Source: Octopus bimaculoides (taxonomy: Eukaryota). Taken from it: 36,670 nt of DNA. The translations under genes were made by a program, and so were the position numbers. Positions within the stretch are counted from its first letter, which is position 1; each line of letters starts with the position of its first letter. The notes below the pieces were generated by a model. That model did no database searches, was not told the origin of the DNA, and saw only the letters and a program-made list of their open reading frames with translations. Positions 36,157 to 36,670 of the stretch are shown here, piece after piece. Location of the stretch: assembly GCF_001194135.2 (NCBI RefSeq), contig NC_068995.1, forward strand, positions 5,464,957 through 5,501,626, written 5' to 3'.

Positions 36157-36358
36157 AGAACTTCTTACAGTGCAAAGAGGAAAGCTGAAAATCTTTATAT
36201 GGTTAAGGCACAAAAGCTCAACAGCAGAAAAGTACGGTTAAGAAATATGAATCTCCACTCAGCCTGCCATTTGGATAACCGCGCAGGATCTACCGTATTC
36301 TACTGATGATGGGCTTTTCAGCCTGAAACTGATTCATGTTTGCACTGTAAGAAGCTCT
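36157..36358. repeat. Inverted repeat pair (16 bp perfect, 19 of 20 extended) enclosing about 160 bp
   Basis: cttcttacagtgcaaa (36161-36176) and tttgcactgtaagaag (36339-36354). Confidence 0.8.
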
Positions 36359-36670
36359 CCTCTTTTTCTTTTTTGGTTGTTATTTTACATATTGGTCTAC
36401 ATATACGCATTCATACCTATCCACATATATAAATGGCTAGACAATATTTCTGTAAATATACATATGTTTATGTTGGGTAGGTGAAAAAAAAAAAAAAAAA
36501 TTAAGGATAAATGTGTGTATAAATGAATAAATAAAAACTATAATTTCGAAAGAAAATACCTTCATCTCCCCATCCCTTTAATTCCTCCACCCCCATCTCC
36601 CTAATTCCTCTAGTCCCACCATATTCTCAGTGCCGTCCATAAACAACTATCTCCAATACATTTACCAATC

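Noticed and set aside
68-36306. Supplied ORFs of 60-370 aa
   Set aside because: Almost all are translations of microsatellites (poly-YI, HT, CV, I, L), N gaps or SINEs. Apart from the mariner fragment and overlaps with the exon candidates, none resembles a known protein.

Overview
AT-rich, intronic/intergenic animal genomic DNA with eight assembly gaps. The SINE families look like those of Octopus (inference from recall, not a search). None of the supplied six-frame ORFs is a credible intact gene: they are microsatellite, N-gap or repeat translations. The window holds about 19 SINE-like copies of three families, two Tc1/mariner-superfamily transposase remnants, a hAT-like MITE, a near-perfect foldback element and many microsatellites. 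The most notable signal is a near-canonical type I hammerhead ribozyme on the minus strand (32559-32645) with a palindromic helix III. Two decayed, co-oriented hammerhead-like motifs lie at about 17.07 kb and 19.93 kb. One well-supported 69-nt minus-strand exon (14417-14485) lies 37 nt downstream of a ratchet-like AG|GTGAGT site, which suggests the window is mostly intron of an unidentified minus-strand gene.
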